A DNA stretch of 20,000 nt, taken from contig JABIHA010000028.1 in NCBI GenBank assembly GCA_018649885.1, forward strand, positions 50,807-70,806. The letters run 5' to 3'. Within the stretch, counting starts at the first letter, position 1. Each line of letters begins with the position of its first letter. Made by a program: the position numbers and the translations under genes. This stretch comes from Bacteriovoracaceae bacterium (GTDB lineage: Bacteria > Bdellovibrionota > Bacteriovoracia > Bacteriovoracales > Bacteriovoracaceae). Under the pieces are notes generated by a model, which was given only the letters and a program-made list of their open reading frames with translations, made no database searches and had not been told where the DNA came from. This document shows positions 17,801 through 20,000 of this stretch, piece after piece.

Positions 17801-18884
17801 TGGCCTGGACTGTTTGACCGTCATTGTAGGTGAAGTCAGCAGCGTCTGCCCAAACTCCATGTGTGGTTGAATACATGCTGACGACAAAAGTACAACTTCC
17901 TGTTGCAGATGTTAGAGTTGCTCCACAAGTGCCTCCAAAGCCTGGCCAGCCGCCTTCAAGTTGAAACTTCGAACCAGTAAAAGTTGCCCCCAAGCTTAGT
18001 GCGGAGACATCTCCTGAATCATAGGTAACGGTATAAGTTTTGCGGAAGTATCCTGTGGTCGCCTTTAGCCCAAAATCATAAGTTCCCGAATCAGAAACAC
18101 TCAAGCTTGCAGGATAGAGACCTGTTCCTTGCAGAATCAAATCAGATGTTACCGTTTGGCCCAAGCTTTGGTATTGAAAAGTTACGGTATTAGAAAAAGC
18201 TCCATTAACCGGAGGAGTAAAAGTTAATATTATGGTGCAAGAGTCACCGCTTGCAAGTGAAGCTGCGCAAGTTCCTCCTGTTCCCGGAAAAGTTCCCCCC
18301 TTATAACTAAAGGGAGCAGCAACATTTACTGTGTTAAATCCAGAAGAGTCTACAGGAGAAGTATTGTTGATCGTAATGACTTTATCATTTGCGGTATTAA
18401 CAAATTTATTACCAAAATTATAGGTACCCGTTATAGAAAATAGTAGCGGGGGATCTGAGGTAATTGACAGTGTGAAGTGTTGAGTTATTGGTTTCTCGCC
18501 ATCGAAGTAGTCAACGACCAATGTTGTACTCTCGCCACCTACCACTGTTGTTAGAAAGGTGAAGTATAGGGAGCAGTAGCTTCCTGCGGTGATTCCTTTG
18601 TTGCAGGTTGTTCCAGTGAGCGCAAAATTGGGGTTTCCGCTCACTGAAGCTCTTACGTTTGTAATATCCATTGCGCCAGATGCATAGAGTTTGAGTGATT
18701 TGCCCGAAGTGAAATTAATTACACTCCTTCCAAGGTAGGTCTCATTATTTTGGATTACAAGATGACTCGTATTTTTTTGAATAGAGCCCTCAAATAATAC
18801 ATCAGGGTCACCCACATCATCACCCATCCAGTTACAACTGGATAGTGCTATAAGCATGAATATGAGTAACGCTCTAAAAATCAT
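14859..18884 (-). CDS. Giant Ig-like repeat (choice-of-anchor D/ASH-like) surface lipoprotein with C-terminal FG-GAP-like segment
   Basis: LSSC lipobox; about ten ~110-aa repeats, nine with GGx(Y/F/W)PGxGGxC...C and one degenerate; C-terminal YFG....ADFNGDGLSDLI at 14973-14999. Confidence 0.88.
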   Translation of the reverse strand: MIFRALLIFMLIALSSCNWMGDDVGDPDVLFEGSIQKNTSHLVIQNNETYLGRSVINFTSGKSLKLYASGAMDITNVRASVSGNPNFALTGTTCNKGITAGSYCSLYFTFLTTVVGGESTTLVVDYFDGEKPITQHFTLSITSDPPLLFSITGTYNFGNKFVNTANDKVITINNTSPVDSSGFNTVNVAAPFSYKGGTFPGTGGTCAASLASGDSCTIILTFTPPVNGAFSNTVTFQYQSLGQTVTSDLILQGTGLYPASLSVSDSGTYDFGLKATTGYFRKTYTVTYDSGDVSALSLGATFTGSKFQLEGGWPGFGGTCGATLTSATGSCTFVVSMYSTTHGVWADAADFTYNDGQTVQAISRNVQGETRLKPTLTVSDSGTYNFPRYNLKSPSTMTKTYTVTYASGVIPATSVTVTNMGGAFRFNGGGGFPGTGGTCGSTLAAGTCTFVVQYLPSTRSTNHTRTYNLQYSDTITTNSISRSAAGATDGLIVKLDSTALGSVVSGTTSNFNTRLRLSGGVTVTGVSGAVLAGTDFDYVGGSYPGTGGSSCPIGTFSGADCYLYFTFSSAIFGGQNQLVTINYTDQFSAQVLTFNLTATVVTAASLDITGANFGSVDVLSTSTNTYTVTNNGGQTATGMSGTGLASPFTFLGGSYPGTGGNCGSSLGAAGTCSLKVQFAPTANGLVNDDIEVPYNDGAAAQTATKNITGTGNLTSNLLLSGSNPVSFGSKYTSTSADTTFTITHGGGGTVATGLGATFTTGTQYSFPGGSFPGGGTCGVSLSAGQVSCTFKVRFTPLTSGVKNDTVTVNYTSGGPQTIPRTLTGTGLDRAVLTISETDPWDYGSKPINTSTDKVFTVSKTGFSALSVTPVALGAPFTFKGGSYPGTGGNCGGTISAASCTIVVRFTPTTSIYSSDTITLNYNDGTDPQVVARQIEGTGIPSAHITFTVGSYNYGNVTQNGLAETTLTLNYSGEGTVSAITADPVPAPFQYKGGTYPGTGGSCNTSLASGSCTIVVEFAPTSIAAFSETLTLNYNDGNSGFTESVTLNGSGIAQATLTFTDGGIYNYGGVVQLTVSEYTLTLQNGGSSTATSIVSSGISSEFRFKGGIYPGTGGNCSTSLAAAGSCTMVVEFAPPGLGGYAQTLQIDYNDGSGATLVTIDLSGTGTTVSLLRNLTQLIPLQEADLSEMSDVEELLITASKVNNDNEYIANDFQLDELLQSDQNIEIEPAHYVGTTNKIIYDNARDGFSQHIVGFPLLEKIALISGESGEVVYSKGITRAGNDLEADYFGLSSRIMADFNGDGLSDLITASYIVEGDFLRIKEVFIISIREGETLFKFAVPPP

Positions 18885-19771
18885 TTTTCGTATCTAGCAT
18901 CCCTGAACAATCCCTTACTTAAATCTGGAAATAAGGTGTTAAATTTAAATGAAAATTTAAATGAATAAATAATCTCTTCTGGTAGATGATTTGCCTCAAC
19001 CGAAACTCTTGAGTTAGTCGTTAGCCTTCCAACTGCCCCATAAAAGAGGCCCACTTCTTTGAGACTTGAAACATACTTCACTGTAGGTAACTTTAAATTC
19101 ACCGATGTTGCTTTAAACTTTGTACTTCCAGAAACGTGTCTGGCACCTCCGTAGAGGTCGATGAAAAAGAGATAAGTTGAAAAGCTTATATCTTGCGTGA
19201 ACTGATGCATTTGAAATTGCTTGAGTGAAGTCACATAGGAGTATTTCGAATTACTTGAAATGAAGTAGCTTCCACTGTGCCACCACATATGTTTCCAGCC
19301 TAGGCCAATTCCGAAAATATCAGTTTCAAATACTTTTGAAAAACTTAATGTAACGTCATTGAAGTGGCCCAGACCATAATTTAAGTGGGCCCGTTGTATG
19401 GTGATTGACTTGGGGATTTTCTCTGCGCTTTTCCCAAATACTGTATAAGCATTTTTAGCTTTGTTTGAAAGCTTGGAGCGACTAAAAGAATATCCATAGT
19501 CAGAAGCAAATTGAGTCGGCCTATCACCTGAAAGAAAAAACTTTACCCCCGCTCTGGGAAGTGACAGGGGAGTAGCAGATAAGAAATCAAAGTGACCCAT
19601 TGAGCGGTTTAGCCACTTTGCAATTTCTTCTGAAGCAACAGCGTAGTCTTTGTAGCTGTACACAACTTCCGCTGTACTTTGCTGAGTACAAAATACCGAA
19701 TACAGTACCGAACACAACAAAACACAATTGCATTTTAAAATTCTAAATTTAATCTTGTTCAGAAATTTCAT
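18881..19771 (-). CDS. Putative outer-membrane beta-barrel protein
   Basis: Likely ATG 19771 after AAGGTG (track start 19780); amphipathic, aromatic-rich strands (IFGIGLGWKH, IDLYGGAR, VSVEAN, YSFKFSFKF); ATGA overlap with the Ig-repeat gene. Confidence 0.6.
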   Translation of the reverse strand: MKFLNKIKFRILKCNCVLLCSVLYSVFCTQQSTAEVVYSYKDYAVASEEIAKWLNRSMGHFDFLSATPLSLPRAGVKFFLSGDRPTQFASDYGYSFSRSKLSNKAKNAYTVFGKSAEKIPKSITIQRAHLNYGLGHFNDVTLSFSKVFETDIFGIGLGWKHMWWHSGSYFISSNSKYSYVTSLKQFQMHQFTQDISFSTYLFFIDLYGGARHVSGSTKFKATSVNLKLPTVKYVSSLKEVGLFYGAVGRLTTNSRVSVEANHLPEEIIYSFKFSFKFNTLFPDLSKGLFRDARYEK

Positions 19772-20000
19772 TTTTTTCACCTTAAAAAAAATTAAACGTT
19801 TTTCTTTTGCCTAAAAATTTTTGAATGCCTTAGCTTTTTTTAAAAAAAATGAAGGCACTCAAGTTCACACCAGCGCATAATTGCGACAGCATATATATAA
19901 TGATAATGCGTTGCGTTGGTACAGTGCAACGGATGCGTGTATTTTCCGGTTGTTAGCTATTGGTTTGGCAAAAAAAAAGCAAAATGCTCTAAGGTAAATG

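Noticed and set aside
15400..18400. Recurring GTTCCTGGATAG-like DNA repeats and raised GC as CRISPR, DGR or foreign island
   Set aside because: Spacing of roughly 330-350 bp and in-frame position show they encode the YPGTGG protein motif; the GC rise follows Gly/Thr/Ala content
19966..19981. TGGC-A9-GCA as a sigma54 promoter on the + strand
   Set aside because: GG-N10-GC spacing fits but the conserved TT before GC is absent, the spacer is a homopolymer, and the downstream gene is outside the window

Overview
AT-rich bacterial chromosomal segment with about 17 protein genes, 14 of which begin with a Sec or lipoprotein signal peptide. The gene content (Cys-rich exported orphans, a TPR-wHTH regulator, a RAYT, a giant GGxYPGTGGxC Ig-repeat lipoprotein) suggests a Bdellovibrionota-like predator; this is inference only. 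Recognisable products: a LamG lipoprotein split by a frameshift in a G8 tract, a gluzincin (M4/M36-like) lipoprotein protease, a class I SAM methyltransferase, a CARDB-like protein, a RAYT/Y1 HUH transposase without obvious flanking REPs, a TPR-winged-helix regulator, a secreted transglutaminase-like protein, a secreted alpha/beta-hydrolase plus AttH/CrtC-like pair, and a putative outer-membrane barrel coupled to a 1341-aa Ig-repeat lipoprotein. Not in the ORF track: a decayed PAS/PAC domain at 3886-4114, a sigma54-type promoter and sigma28-type promoters. No rRNA, tRNA or CRISPR array was seen. All calls come from reading motifs by eye; no searches were run.
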